In this document: positions 9,448-18,070 of the stretch, piece after piece | Layout of the letters: the number at the start of each line of letters is the position of its first letter | Numbering within the stretch: position 1 is the first letter of the stretch | Source: Candidatus Omnitrophota bacterium | GTDB lineage: Bacteria; Omnitrophota; Gorgyraeia; Gygaellales; JAMWCP01 | Direction: 5' to 3' | Assembly: GCA_023819505.1 (NCBI GenBank) | Contig: JAMWCN010000001.1 | Coordinates: 1-47,730, forward strand | Length of the DNA stretch: 47,730 nucleotides | Notes under the pieces: model-generated | What the model was told of the DNA's origin: nothing | What the model saw: the letters and a program-made list of their open reading frames with translations, nothing else | Database searches by the model: none | Translations under genes and position numbers: made by a program

Positions 9448-9918
9448 TTATAACTTTATCCCATTTAAGAGAAAGATAGTAATTACTAAACCTAAAACCG
9501 CATAAGTCTCAACAAGCGCTCCATAGATTAAAGCACGCATACTTGCTTCAGGATGCTTTGCCGCTACAGCTATCCCTGCGGTGCAGACTTTTCCCTGATG
9601 GATCGCAGAGACCAAACCAGAGATAGTGATAGGTAAACATGCACCTAAAATCTGAAGACCCTGCATAAGAGAAGGAAAGACAACCTCTCCTTTTAATAGT
9701 CCCAACTTTAAAATCACCAAGAACCCTGCCAAAAAACCATATACACCTTGTGTTCCAGGTAAAGCTACTAAAAGAAGCATATTACCAAATTTATCCGGAT
9801 CTTCTGATAAAACTCCGTTGGCAGCCTGACCCGCCAGACCCACTCCGATACATGAACCGATTCCACATAAGAATGCTACTATCCCTGCAGCTAATATAGA
9901 GATAAGTAATCCTTCCAT
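9448..9918 (-). CDS. atpK: V/A-type ATPase proteolipid subunit K (4-TM double hairpin)
   Basis: 156 aa. ALPGTQGVYGF, SAIHQGKV and GALVETYAVLG align with the Enterococcus hirae NtpK motifs LLPGTQGLYGF, SGIAQGKV and AAMVETYAILG. Confidence 0.92.
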   Translation of the reverse strand: MEGLLISILAAGIVAFLCGIGSCIGVGLAGQAANGVLSEDPDKFGNMLLLVALPGTQGVYGFLAGFLVILKLGLLKGEVVFPSLMQGLQILGACLPITISGLVSAIHQGKVCTAGIAVAAKHPEASMRALIYGALVETYAVLGLVITIFLLNGIKL

Positions 9919-9921
9919 ATC

Positions 9922-11901
9922 TTAGTCCTCCTTTCCTTTAACTAATTCTGTATAAAAATACTCTTTTCTAAAAGGGTTAAACTCCCTTCCCCCTCCTTCA
10001 AAGAATTTACTGAAATACTCTAAATACTGCAACCTTGATGTATGCACATAAGCACCTAAAAGATTTATTGCCAAATTCAGAATATGACCAAATACAAAAA
10101 ATAATATAGCAAAAAATCCTACAATTATAAAGTTAACTTTTAATGAATTAAGGATATTGACTAATATACTTAAGATCTCATTTATAGCGGTAGCTAAAAG
10201 TCCGGTAGTTAGACCCAAAGCAAAGAGCCGGGTAAAAGAAAGTGTATCTGCTAAAAAATTTCCTGTTACAATACTGTAGAGATCAAATATAGACCAGAAC
10301 AGTTTAGAACCCAATCCCTTCTGAATTTTAAACTGATAAAGAATAATTAAGATTGCAGATAAAATAAATATAAAAAGAGAAAAATTCAAAGTTCCTTTTG
10401 GAATTAATTTCATAAAATTTAAAAATAAAAGAAAAAGACTTATCTGGATTAAGAAAGTAGGTAAGCCCTTAAATAATAAACCAAAATAATCTTTATCTCT
10501 TAATAATTTTAACAATTTTAAAAATATACCAAAACTTATCTGGATATAACCTAAAAGGAGAACTAAAATAAGGAATTTTAAAGGGTCTTTTAAAGGATCG
10601 AAGAATACAAAGCTATCCTTTATTTTCTTAAAAGGCGCAAATTTATCTAAAAGATTCCCAAACCAGCCACCAGTTAAAGCACCAACAAAAATAGTAAATA
10701 TCCCCCCTATAAAGAATAATTGCATAAATCTTTTAATAGATGCACTTAAGCGGAACTTCCTTAAAATATAGAAAGAAACTAAACTCAAGATCAAACCGTA
10801 TCCTGCATCGGTAAGACATAAAGCGAAAGAAAGACTAAAAAATAAAGCTAGATAACTGGTGGGGTCTATCCCCCTATATACAGGTAAACCGTAGAGTTTA
10901 GTGACTACCTCAAAAGGACTAAAAGGTAATTTATTCTCTAAAATTACCGGTACGTCTTCCTGCGGAAGAGGATGATTTAAATATACAGCTACATTAAAAT
11001 TTCTCTCTAAATCCTCTTTTAACTTTAAAGCTTCCTTTCTTTTTACCCATCCCTCTAATATAAATGTGGTTTGTGTATAAGAAAGAATCTGATTAGCTAA
11101 AATTTTTTTCTTTAAATTGAAAAGATAATCAAAGATAATTTCTAAATTCCTTATCTGACTTAGATAATTCTTTAATTTCTCTTTAATAGAAGAGGCTTCT
11201 TCTTCAATCCTTTTTAGCTTTTCTTCTATCTGAACGATTCTTGCCGATATTTTATAATTTTTCAAAAAAACAACCTCTTTTTCAAAACCAACCTCTTTTA
11301 GTAATTCTTCTAAATAGGAGGTATCCTTTTTTAAGAAGATAATTATGGTGAAGAAAAATTTTCTATCTTCAGCTAAATCTTCTAAAAAACAATTTAAATT
11401 TAATCCTTTTATCTTCTTAAGTAGAATAAAAAAATTTTTCTTCTTTATTTTTCCTGTATAGAAATAGACACTCTTTAAAGAAGAAATCTCTTCTAAAGAA
11501 ACATCTAAATTTTTATAATTATAAATTAAGTTATATTCTTCTTTTAGTTTATATTTTAATTGATAGATCTCCTCTAAATTCTTTTTTAAGTAATTAATAT
11601 CTGAAACTATCTTTTTATAATCGTAGCTGGAAGTTATCTTCTGCCATTCCTGCCAATCGATTATATTTCTTTCTTTTAAAAAAAGTTCTCTTTTTCTCTG
11701 TAAGGAGTATAAAAACTTTAGGATAGAGGAAATTAACTTAAGGTAACTATCTATCTCTGAAGAATCTATATTAGAACTTTCTTTCTCTATAGATGTCTTG
11801 ATAAGTTCGATGGAACCTTTCTCTTGAAGATAATCTAAAAGTTTATCTTTTATATTATCTAAACCTAAAATGTATATTTTTAAGATTTTAGCAACTGCCA
11901 T
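9922..11901 (-). CDS. atpI: V/A-type ATPase subunit I (a-type stator)
   Basis: 659 aa. Soluble coiled-coil N-terminal half plus polytopic C-terminal half ending ...YVHTSRLQYLEYFSKFFEGGG (conserved Arg region). Confidence 0.9.
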   Translation of the reverse strand: MAVAKILKIYILGLDNIKDKLLDYLQEKGSIELIKTSIEKESSNIDSSEIDSYLKLISSILKFLYSLQRKRELFLKERNIIDWQEWQKITSSYDYKKIVSDINYLKKNLEEIYQLKYKLKEEYNLIYNYKNLDVSLEEISSLKSVYFYTGKIKKKNFFILLKKIKGLNLNCFLEDLAEDRKFFFTIIIFLKKDTSYLEELLKEVGFEKEVVFLKNYKISARIVQIEEKLKRIEEEASSIKEKLKNYLSQIRNLEIIFDYLFNLKKKILANQILSYTQTTFILEGWVKRKEALKLKEDLERNFNVAVYLNHPLPQEDVPVILENKLPFSPFEVVTKLYGLPVYRGIDPTSYLALFFSLSFALCLTDAGYGLILSLVSFYILRKFRLSASIKRFMQLFFIGGIFTIFVGALTGGWFGNLLDKFAPFKKIKDSFVFFDPLKDPLKFLILVLLLGYIQISFGIFLKLLKLLRDKDYFGLLFKGLPTFLIQISLFLLFLNFMKLIPKGTLNFSLFIFILSAILIILYQFKIQKGLGSKLFWSIFDLYSIVTGNFLADTLSFTRLFALGLTTGLLATAINEILSILVNILNSLKVNFIIVGFFAILFFVFGHILNLAINLLGAYVHTSRLQYLEYFSKFFEGGGREFNPFRKEYFYTELVKGKED

Positions 11902-11903
11902 AA

Positions 11904-12218
11904 TTAGCTTTTAATTTTTTCTAAGAGAAATTCTACCGCTTTCTCTTTCAAAGGTTTGATTCTTTCTTTTAAACTTGTAGAGACTTCTTCTGCATCCTTA
12001 ATAATTCTTTTGGCTTCCTCTTCTGCTTCGGCAAGTTTTTTTTCTCTTAAAATAGAAAATTCTTCTTCTAAATTTTGTTTTACTTCCTCCATCATTTTTA
12101 AAGATAAATTTTCTGCTTCCTTAATAATTCGTTTAGCTTCTCTTTCAGCTTCCTCTATAAGTAAGTCTGCTTTCTTTTCTGCTTCTTTTATCCTTTCTAC
12201 TACTTCTTTTATATTCAT
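11904..12218 (-). CDS. V/A-type ATPase small coiled-coil stalk subunit (H/G-like)
   Basis: 104 aa Glu/Lys-rich coiled coil (VERIKEAEKKADLLIEEAEREAKRII...). First gene of the ATPase block. Its ATG overlaps the pyrF TGA (ATGA at 12215..12218). Confidence 0.65.
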   Translation of the reverse strand: MNIKEVVERIKEAEKKADLLIEEAEREAKRIIKEAENLSLKMMEEVKQNLEEEFSILREKKLAEAEEEAKRIIKDAEEVSTSLKERIKPLKEKAVEFLLEKIKS

Positions 12219-12889
12219 CTTAATTCTCTAAGGATGCACTTTAATTTTTTTAAAGGGTCTTTTGCCTCAAGGATCGGTCTACCTACAACGATGTAATCTA
12301 TACCCTTATCTCTTGCCTCTTTAGGGGTAGCGGTTCTTTTCTGGTCATCAGCTTCGATTTTCTCCATCCTTATGCCTGGACTAACTATAAGAAGATTTTT
12401 TCTTAATTTAAGAGGTAGGAAATCTAGATCTTTAACTGAAATAACTATCCCATCTAAACCTACCTCTTTAGCTACCTTTACCAATCTTATTAACTTAGAA
12501 GTACCATTTTTTCTTTGACTGGTCAGAAGTGTTACACCAAAAATCAAAGGTCTTTTTATTTTTAGTTTTTTGGCTTCTTGAAAAACTATTTTTTTTAGCT
12601 TAATTAAAGCATCTTTCCCTGCTTGGATATGCACGGTAAACATAAAGATATTCATCTTACAGATAAGTTTTGCTGTCTCAACCATGGTATGGGGAATATC
12701 AAATAGTTTTAAATCTAAAAATACTTTAATCCCTTTCTTTACTAACCAATTTACTACCAAAGGGCCTTGGGCAGTAAAGAGCTGTAATCCTACTTTAAAG
12801 ATTTTAACTTTAGGATAAAGAATTTTTACTATCTCTTTTGCTCTTTTAGATGAATCCACATCTAAAGCAACGATAAGTTTTGTCTTCAT
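12215..12889 (-). CDS. pyrF: orotidine 5'-phosphate decarboxylase
   Basis: LIVALDV..., FLDLKLFDIPHTM (DxKxxDIPxT motif), GVTLLTS, VVGRPI. Confidence 0.93.
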   Translation of the reverse strand: MKTKLIVALDVDSSKRAKEIVKILYPKVKIFKVGLQLFTAQGPLVVNWLVKKGIKVFLDLKLFDIPHTMVETAKLICKMNIFMFTVHIQAGKDALIKLKKIVFQEAKKLKIKRPLIFGVTLLTSQRKNGTSKLIRLVKVAKEVGLDGIVISVKDLDFLPLKLRKNLLIVSPGIRMEKIEADDQKRTATPKEARDKGIDYIVVGRPILEAKDPLKKLKCILRELR

Positions 12890-13794
12890 ACCTTTAAAGT
12901 TCCGATCAATTCTTTTATATCCTTAAATCTGTTGGCTTCTAAATAACCCTTTATCCCTTCGATAATCTCTAAAGAAGCTTTTGGATTAACGAAGTTGGCA
13001 GTCCCTATGCCAACAGCAGTTGCTCCGCATAAAATAAATTCAATTGCATCCTTAGCATCCATTATTCCTCCCATACCAATTATGGGAATCTTTACTCTTT
13101 GATAAACTTGCCAAACCGCTCTTAAAGCAATCGGTTTTATCGCTGGACCACTTAATCCACCAGTTACCGTAGAAAGCATCGGTTTTCTTGTTTGGATATC
13201 AACTGCCATCGCTGATACAGTATTAATTAAAGAAACAGAATCTGCGCCTGCTTTCTCTGCTGCTAATGCTATTTCGCTAATATCTGTAACATTGGGAGAA
13301 AGCTTAACAATTAAAGTCTGAGAACTAATCTTACGTAATTTCTTTACTACATTATAAGTAGCATCTTTATCCTGAGAAATTAATTTCTTTATCCTTAAAT
13401 TAGGACAGGATAGATTAACCTCTATCGTTTTTAATTCTTTGATCTTAGCTAACTCTTTAGCCAAAATGAATAGCTCTTCTGGTTCATCTATACTGGTAAT
13501 ACTTACAATAATAGGTACACCCCATTTTAAAAACTTAACTAAATCTCTTTTTAAAAATAGATCTAAGCCAGGGTTCTCTAAACCGATAGAATTAAGTAAA
13601 CCCGATGGTGTCTCACATGTTCTAGGTGGGGGATTGCCCAAATTTGGCTTCAAAGTGATAGTTTTAGTAACAAGAGCACCTATCTTTTTAAAATCTAAAA
13701 AATATTTTAATTCTTCCGAAAATGTCCCTGAACAGAGTATAACTGGATTTTTTAAATTTAGCTTACCTATCTTTACAGATAAATTAACCCTCAT
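12886..13794 (-). CDS. pyrD: dihydroorotate dehydrogenase, class 1B catalytic subunit
   Basis: LKNPVILCSGTF, GLLNSIGLENPG, NLSCPN (class 1 Cys base), GGLSGPAIKPIALR, IGMGGI. Confidence 0.94.
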   Translation of the reverse strand: MRVNLSVKIGKLNLKNPVILCSGTFSEELKYFLDFKKIGALVTKTITLKPNLGNPPPRTCETPSGLLNSIGLENPGLDLFLKRDLVKFLKWGVPIIVSITSIDEPEELFILAKELAKIKELKTIEVNLSCPNLRIKKLISQDKDATYNVVKKLRKISSQTLIVKLSPNVTDISEIALAAEKAGADSVSLINTVSAMAVDIQTRKPMLSTVTGGLSGPAIKPIALRAVWQVYQRVKIPIIGMGGIMDAKDAIEFILCGATAVGIGTANFVNPKASLEIIEGIKGYLEANRFKDIKELIGTLKV

Positions 13795-14150
13795 TTAGTT
13801 AGAATCATCTTTATACTAATAAATAAAAGGTATATCCCAAATAACTGTTTTAAAGTTCTATCAGCCAAATTCTGAATCAGATGTGCTCCTAAAAATCCGC
13901 CGAAGAGAAATCCTAAGCAGATAAAACCTGCAATAGTTAACTTTACATTTCCGCTGTAATAGTATCTTAAAGCAGCCAACAGCCCAATGGGAGGAATCAT
14001 AATTGCTAAAGTAGTGCCTTGAGCTTGATGTTGGGTTAATCCAAATAGATAAACTAAAGCAGGGATAAGAATCGTTCCTCCCCCAATACCAAAACATCCG
14101 CTAAAGATCCCTGCAACCAAACCCAAAATTATATAAGAGATATAAATCAT
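13791..14150 (-). CDS. half-size TSUP (TauE/SafE, DUF81) family membrane protein, 119 aa, about 4 TM
   Basis: GLVAGIFSGCFGIGGGTILIPALVYLFGL and a hydrophobic profile with four segments. Start and stop overlap the neighbouring genes by 4 nt each. Confidence 0.65.
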   Translation of the reverse strand: MIYISYIILGLVAGIFSGCFGIGGGTILIPALVYLFGLTQHQAQGTTLAIMIPPIGLLAALRYYYSGNVKLTIAGFICLGFLFGGFLGAHLIQNLADRTLKQLFGIYLLFISIKMILTK

Positions 14151-15322
14151 GATTCCTCCTTTTTAATTAAAAATAAAAATGGTAAAGAAATAATCTGCGT
14201 TATAATTGTGAATGTGATTATATAATTAAAAGAGAAACGATAAAGAAACCCCATAATACTTAAACTTAAAAAAATCCCTAATCCATAGAGACTATTAAAT
14301 ATTCCATAGGCTAGCCCTCTCTTCTCTATAGATACTAAATCCGCAACCTCTGCACGCATAATTGTTTCCTGAATTCCCATAATTATACCCCACAGTATTA
14401 TTGCAGTCAAAATAAACTTAGGATTAAAGGATAGGCCTAAAAAAACTAAAGGTATATTTAAAAAGGGAATAGATAAAAGAGAGATTAGACCTTTAAGATC
14501 ATAAAGTCTACCTGCAACTAAAGCAGTTAAGGCATCTATGCCCATACCTAGACCAAACCAGATAGAGATTATACTTTCGGAAAGTATATATCTACTTTTT
14601 AGATGGTAAGCAATCAATGGAAAGTTTAAAAATCCCATAACGGTAAACAAAGTGAAAAAACTATACCACCAAAATCTCAAAGGAAGCTTTCTATAAGATG
14701 TATCTTTCTGCCTTACCTCAGAGATAAAAGGTAAAGTATATCTTTTAAAAGCAAAATTTAAGACAAGAAGGCAAATTATTGCAGGTAAAAACAAAAATCC
14801 AAAACTTATCCGGTAATCCCTACTTAGAAAAAACAAAATGCCTACCAGAATCGGACCACTGATTGCACCGATTTGATCAAAAAATTCATGCAATCCGAAT
14901 GCTTTACCTCTACCAAATTCTTCTGTAACTGAGGAAATCAAAAGGTCTCTGGAAGGACTACGGATTGCTTTTCCTAAACGTTCAAAAATAACCAGAATAG
15001 AAGCGGCTTGCAAATTTTTTGTAAAAGCTAATAAAGGAATACTTAAAACTCCCAAACCGTACCCTAAAAAAGTCATCTGCCACCAACATTTAAATCTATC
15101 TGCAAACCAACCAAAAAAAATCCTTAAAGCCCAACCCAAAAACTCTGCAATACCAAAGATAAAACCGGTCATCAGAGAACTTGCTCCTAAATAGAAAAAG
15201 AAGGGACTCAAAACCCCCCTTGCTCCTTCATAAACCATATCCGCAAAAAGACTAACCAATCCTAAAATAATGATAAAATTTAAAGGCTTAAATTTTGCCT
15301 CCATTTTAAAAACTAGGCTCAA
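14147..15322 (-). CDS. MFS transporter
   Basis: 391 aa polytopic protein. ...GWFADRF..., ERLGKAIRSPSRDLLIS, RGKAFGLHEFFDQIGAISGP are MFS loop 2-3-like motifs. Confidence 0.75.
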   Translation of the reverse strand: MSLVFKMEAKFKPLNFIIILGLVSLFADMVYEGARGVLSPFFFYLGASSLMTGFIFGIAEFLGWALRIFFGWFADRFKCWWQMTFLGYGLGVLSIPLLAFTKNLQAASILVIFERLGKAIRSPSRDLLISSVTEEFGRGKAFGLHEFFDQIGAISGPILVGILFFLSRDYRISFGFLFLPAIICLLVLNFAFKRYTLPFISEVRQKDTSYRKLPLRFWWYSFFTLFTVMGFLNFPLIAYHLKSRYILSESIISIWFGLGMGIDALTALVAGRLYDLKGLISLLSIPFLNIPLVFLGLSFNPKFILTAIILWGIIMGIQETIMRAEVADLVSIEKRGLAYGIFNSLYGLGIFLSLSIMGFLYRFSFNYIITFTIITQIISLPFLFLIKKEES

Positions 15323-16445
15323 TACATAAAATTTTATATTTCTTAAAATCCTTTAAACCGCCTTTGATAAAACTTAAGTTTGTCAGATACTTATACTTAC
15401 ACCAAACCAAAAATTTTTTCTTTGGCTCCATACCAAAATTCCATTTTACGAATTGAAAACCAAAATAAATTGCTAAAATCAAAAAGACAAAACTAAATAC
15501 TCTCCAAAACAAAGTTTTTATAAATAAACTTAAAATTGCTAAAAAACCAAATATATGTAAAAGATGAAAATCTCCAATATAAATAAAACCTCTCAAGGGG
15601 AAAACAATAAATATAGAAGGTTTCTTTTTAAATATCTGTAAAACTATCTCCAAACCTCTCTTCTCTACATATTTTTTAATCAAGGGAGCGTGTGCCTGAC
15701 CGTAAGTCACCCAGACCTTTCTTAGCGATTTTAGATCTGCTCTGTGCATATGATCTACTTTAGCTAAAGGAGCAAAGTAGAACTTAAAACCCGCTTTTCT
15801 ATGTTGAAAACTTAAATCCATATCCTCTCCTGTAGGTAAATCCCAAAATTTTGCCTTAATTTTTTCCATAGCTGATTTACGGTAGGAAACATTACAGGTA
15901 CCAAAAAAATATGCACGGTGTCCAGCGATATCTACAGGACGAGGTTCTTTGGGAAAGGAGGGAAAGTATCCCTCTTGGATAAATCCATAACGCGGAGATA
16001 CCATATTGAATCTGAAATGTTGACACCAAGCCTCAACCAAATTATCTGGATCTACTTTTAAAGTAAAAACTTCTCCTCCTACTGCAGCGATCTGGGGATC
16101 ACGCTGGAAATGTTTAATCATCTCTTTGATCCAATTTTTAGCCGGTGCACAATCAGCATCAGTAAAGAATAAAAATTCTCCTTTTGCTACCTCTAAAGCT
16201 TTATTCCTTGCATATCCTGGAGATGGACAGTTTGGAATCTCTACCAATTTTATGAAAGGATAATTCTTCTGCCATTCTTTAATTATAGGTACTGTTCTAT
16301 CATTAGAACCTCCATCAGCAATTATCCATTCCCAAAATTCATGTGGCCAATCTACATCCAAAAGATATTTAAAAGTCTTTTCGATCGTGCGTTCAAAATT
16401 TTTCACCGGAACAATTATAGAAACAAAAGGTAACTTTTCTACCAT
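15306..16445 (-). CDS. family 2 glycosyltransferase with C-terminal TM segments
   Basis: VSIIVPVKN, IIADGGSNDRT, FFTDADC (DxD), GEDMDLS, then hydrophobic C-terminal helices. Confidence 0.8.
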   Translation of the reverse strand: MVEKLPFVSIIVPVKNFERTIEKTFKYLLDVDWPHEFWEWIIADGGSNDRTVPIIKEWQKNYPFIKLVEIPNCPSPGYARNKALEVAKGEFLFFTDADCAPAKNWIKEMIKHFQRDPQIAAVGGEVFTLKVDPDNLVEAWCQHFRFNMVSPRYGFIQEGYFPSFPKEPRPVDIAGHRAYFFGTCNVSYRKSAMEKIKAKFWDLPTGEDMDLSFQHRKAGFKFYFAPLAKVDHMHRADLKSLRKVWVTYGQAHAPLIKKYVEKRGLEIVLQIFKKKPSIFIVFPLRGFIYIGDFHLLHIFGFLAILSLFIKTLFWRVFSFVFLILAIYFGFQFVKWNFGMEPKKKFLVWCKYKYLTNLSFIKGGLKDFKKYKILCIEPSF

Positions 16446-17254
16446 ACCAATTCCTCCGCTTTAAATACAGGTCCATCTTTACAGACCCTTTTATAACCAG
16501 TTTTTGTATTTACCACACAACCAAGGCATACTCCAATTCCGCAGGCCATATGTCCTTCTAAAGAAACTTCTGTGGGGATACTGTAGCTTTTGGAAATATC
16601 AATAACCTCTTTTAGCATAGGACCTGGACCACAGGCATAAATAGTTGATATTTGAGAGTTGATAGTTGATAGTAAATATTTTAATAAATCTGTAACCTTT
16701 CCTTTAAAACCATAAGAGCCATCATCGGTAGAGACCTCTACTTTACATCCCAACCTTTTAAAATCCTTTTCACATAAGAGCTCATTTTTTGTCTTTGCAC
16801 CCAATAAAACGAGGGGTTTATTTTGAATTTTGAATTTTGAATTTTGAAATAATTCTTCTGCCAGAAAAACAAAAGGAGCCACCCCTATCCCACCAGAAAC
16901 TAATATGGGGATTTGAAATTTAGATATTATTTCCTGATAAAAAAAGCCGTTTCCTAAAGGACCAATTACATCTATAGATTCATCTGTTTTTCTCCGGGAT
17001 AGAATCTCTGTACCTTTACCTATAACTTCGTAGAGGATCTCTATATTTTTCCCTTGAACACGATGGATACTAAAAGGTCTTCTTAATAGGGGCTGATAAT
17101 TATCCACAATTTTTATACTTACAAACTGACCAGGCAAAGCGTATTTAGCAATGGGAGGACAAAAGATAACCATTTTAAAATATTTATTTTTAATTTTTTT
17201 ATTTTCTACAACTCTGGAATTTGGAATTTGGAATTTGGAATTTATTTCTGACAT
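16439..17254 (-). CDS. pyrK: dihydroorotate dehydrogenase electron-transfer subunit (FAD/[2Fe-2S])
   Basis: PGQFVSIKI, RRPFSI, GGIGVAPF, STDDGSYGFKGKVTD, and the C-terminal cluster CGIGVCLGC...VCKDGPVF. Confidence 0.9.
   Translation of the reverse strand: MSEINSKFQIPNSRVVENKKIKNKYFKMVIFCPPIAKYALPGQFVSIKIVDNYQPLLRRPFSIHRVQGKNIEILYEVIGKGTEILSRRKTDESIDVIGPLGNGFFYQEIISKFQIPILVSGGIGVAPFVFLAEELFQNSKFKIQNKPLVLLGAKTKNELLCEKDFKRLGCKVEVSTDDGSYGFKGKVTDLLKYLLSTINSQISTIYACGPGPMLKEVIDISKSYSIPTEVSLEGHMACGIGVCLGCVVNTKTGYKRVCKDGPVFKAEELVW
16643..16677. repeat. heptanucleotide tandem repeat AGTTGAT, 3 perfect plus 2 degenerate copies, inside pyrK
   Basis: agttgat atttgag agttgat agttgat agtaaat read directly. 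Encodes LLSTINSQISTI on the minus strand. Confidence 0.85.
16821..16848. repeat. perfect heptanucleotide tandem repeat (TTTTGAA)x4 inside pyrK
   Basis: ttttgaa x4 read directly. Encodes QNSKFKIQNK on the minus strand. Confidence 0.95.
17215..17243. repeat. perfect heptanucleotide tandem repeat (TGGAATT)x4 plus 1 nt at the pyrK 5' end / mutM stop
   Basis: tggaatt x4 read directly. On the coding strand this is AATTCCA x4, covering pyrK codons 4-13 (INSKFQIPNS). The mutM TAA (17244..17242) sits on the tract edge. Confidence 0.95.
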
Positions 17255-18042
17255 TTTGGACAGAAATAAGTGCCTCTGCCACCTAAGGAAATTCTTTTAA
17301 TAGGAGTGTTGCAGATAAAACAGGGTTGATTTTCTCGACCATAGACTTTATGATAACGGATGTAATCTCCGGGTTGGCCTGATAATTGTACATACTGATC
17401 TACAGAAGAACCTTTATACTGAAGAGCCTCTTTTAAAGTAGCAACTATCTCTTTAAAAAGGAGTTCTTTCTCTTTATCAGATAAGGTATCTGTTTTTCTT
17501 AAAGGGTGGATCTTAGCTCTAAAAAGTGCCTCTGCTGCATAGAGATTACCTATCCCAGAGATGAAACTCTGATCCATAAGGAGAACTTTAATTTTTGTTT
17601 TTTTATTTTTAATAAGCTCCTTAAATTTATCTACAGTTAGTTCAAATGGTTCAGGCCCTAATTCCTTAATAAATTTTAACTGATGCCAATCATCAACTAA
17701 TCTTATTTCTCCTAATAATCTTTTATCTCGGTAATCCAAAAATTTTCCATCAGATAATTTAAAACTTATACGGGATAGTTCCGGTCTCCCAGGATAGATG
17801 AGTTGTCCTGTTAACTTAAGATGGATGCATAAAGATTTCTTATTAGATAATTCTAAGATAATAAGTTTACCTTTTCTTAAGATATTTTTTATACTAACAC
17901 CACTAAGCCCTTTAATAAAATCTTCCCTTTTTGGTTCTTTAATTACCTTAGGATTATTTACAATTATTTCTAAAATCTTTTTATTTAAGACTTTTTCTTC
18001 CAACTGCTTCCTTATAGTCTCTACCTCAGGTAATTCAGGCAT
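17242..18042 (-). CDS. mutM: formamidopyrimidine-DNA glycosylase (Fpg/MutM)
   Basis: MPELPEVETIRKQL N-terminus, RKGK, H2TH region, C-terminal zinc finger CFICNTPI...YFCPKCQK. Confidence 0.93.
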   Translation of the reverse strand: MPELPEVETIRKQLEEKVLNKKILEIIVNNPKVIKEPKREDFIKGLSGVSIKNILRKGKLIILELSNKKSLCIHLKLTGQLIYPGRPELSRISFKLSDGKFLDYRDKRLLGEIRLVDDWHQLKFIKELGPEPFELTVDKFKELIKNKKTKIKVLLMDQSFISGIGNLYAAEALFRAKIHPLRKTDTLSDKEKELLFKEIVATLKEALQYKGSSVDQYVQLSGQPGDYIRYHKVYGRENQPCFICNTPIKRISLGGRGTYFCPKCQK

Positions 18043-18070
18043 ATAATTTCCTCTCCTTAAAGCAACTTAA

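Noticed and set aside
13861-14097. Nested same-strand alternative-frame ORF (78 aa) inside the TSUP gene. A similar one lies at 20052..20252 inside carB.
   Set aside because: No SD and no motif. Both are fully contained in genes with clear family signatures.
16643-17243. Heptamer tracts as a CRISPR array or mobile-element remnant
   Set aside because: The units are 7 nt, directly tandem without spacers, and lie inside an intact coding frame. There are no cas, transposase or integrase genes in the window.
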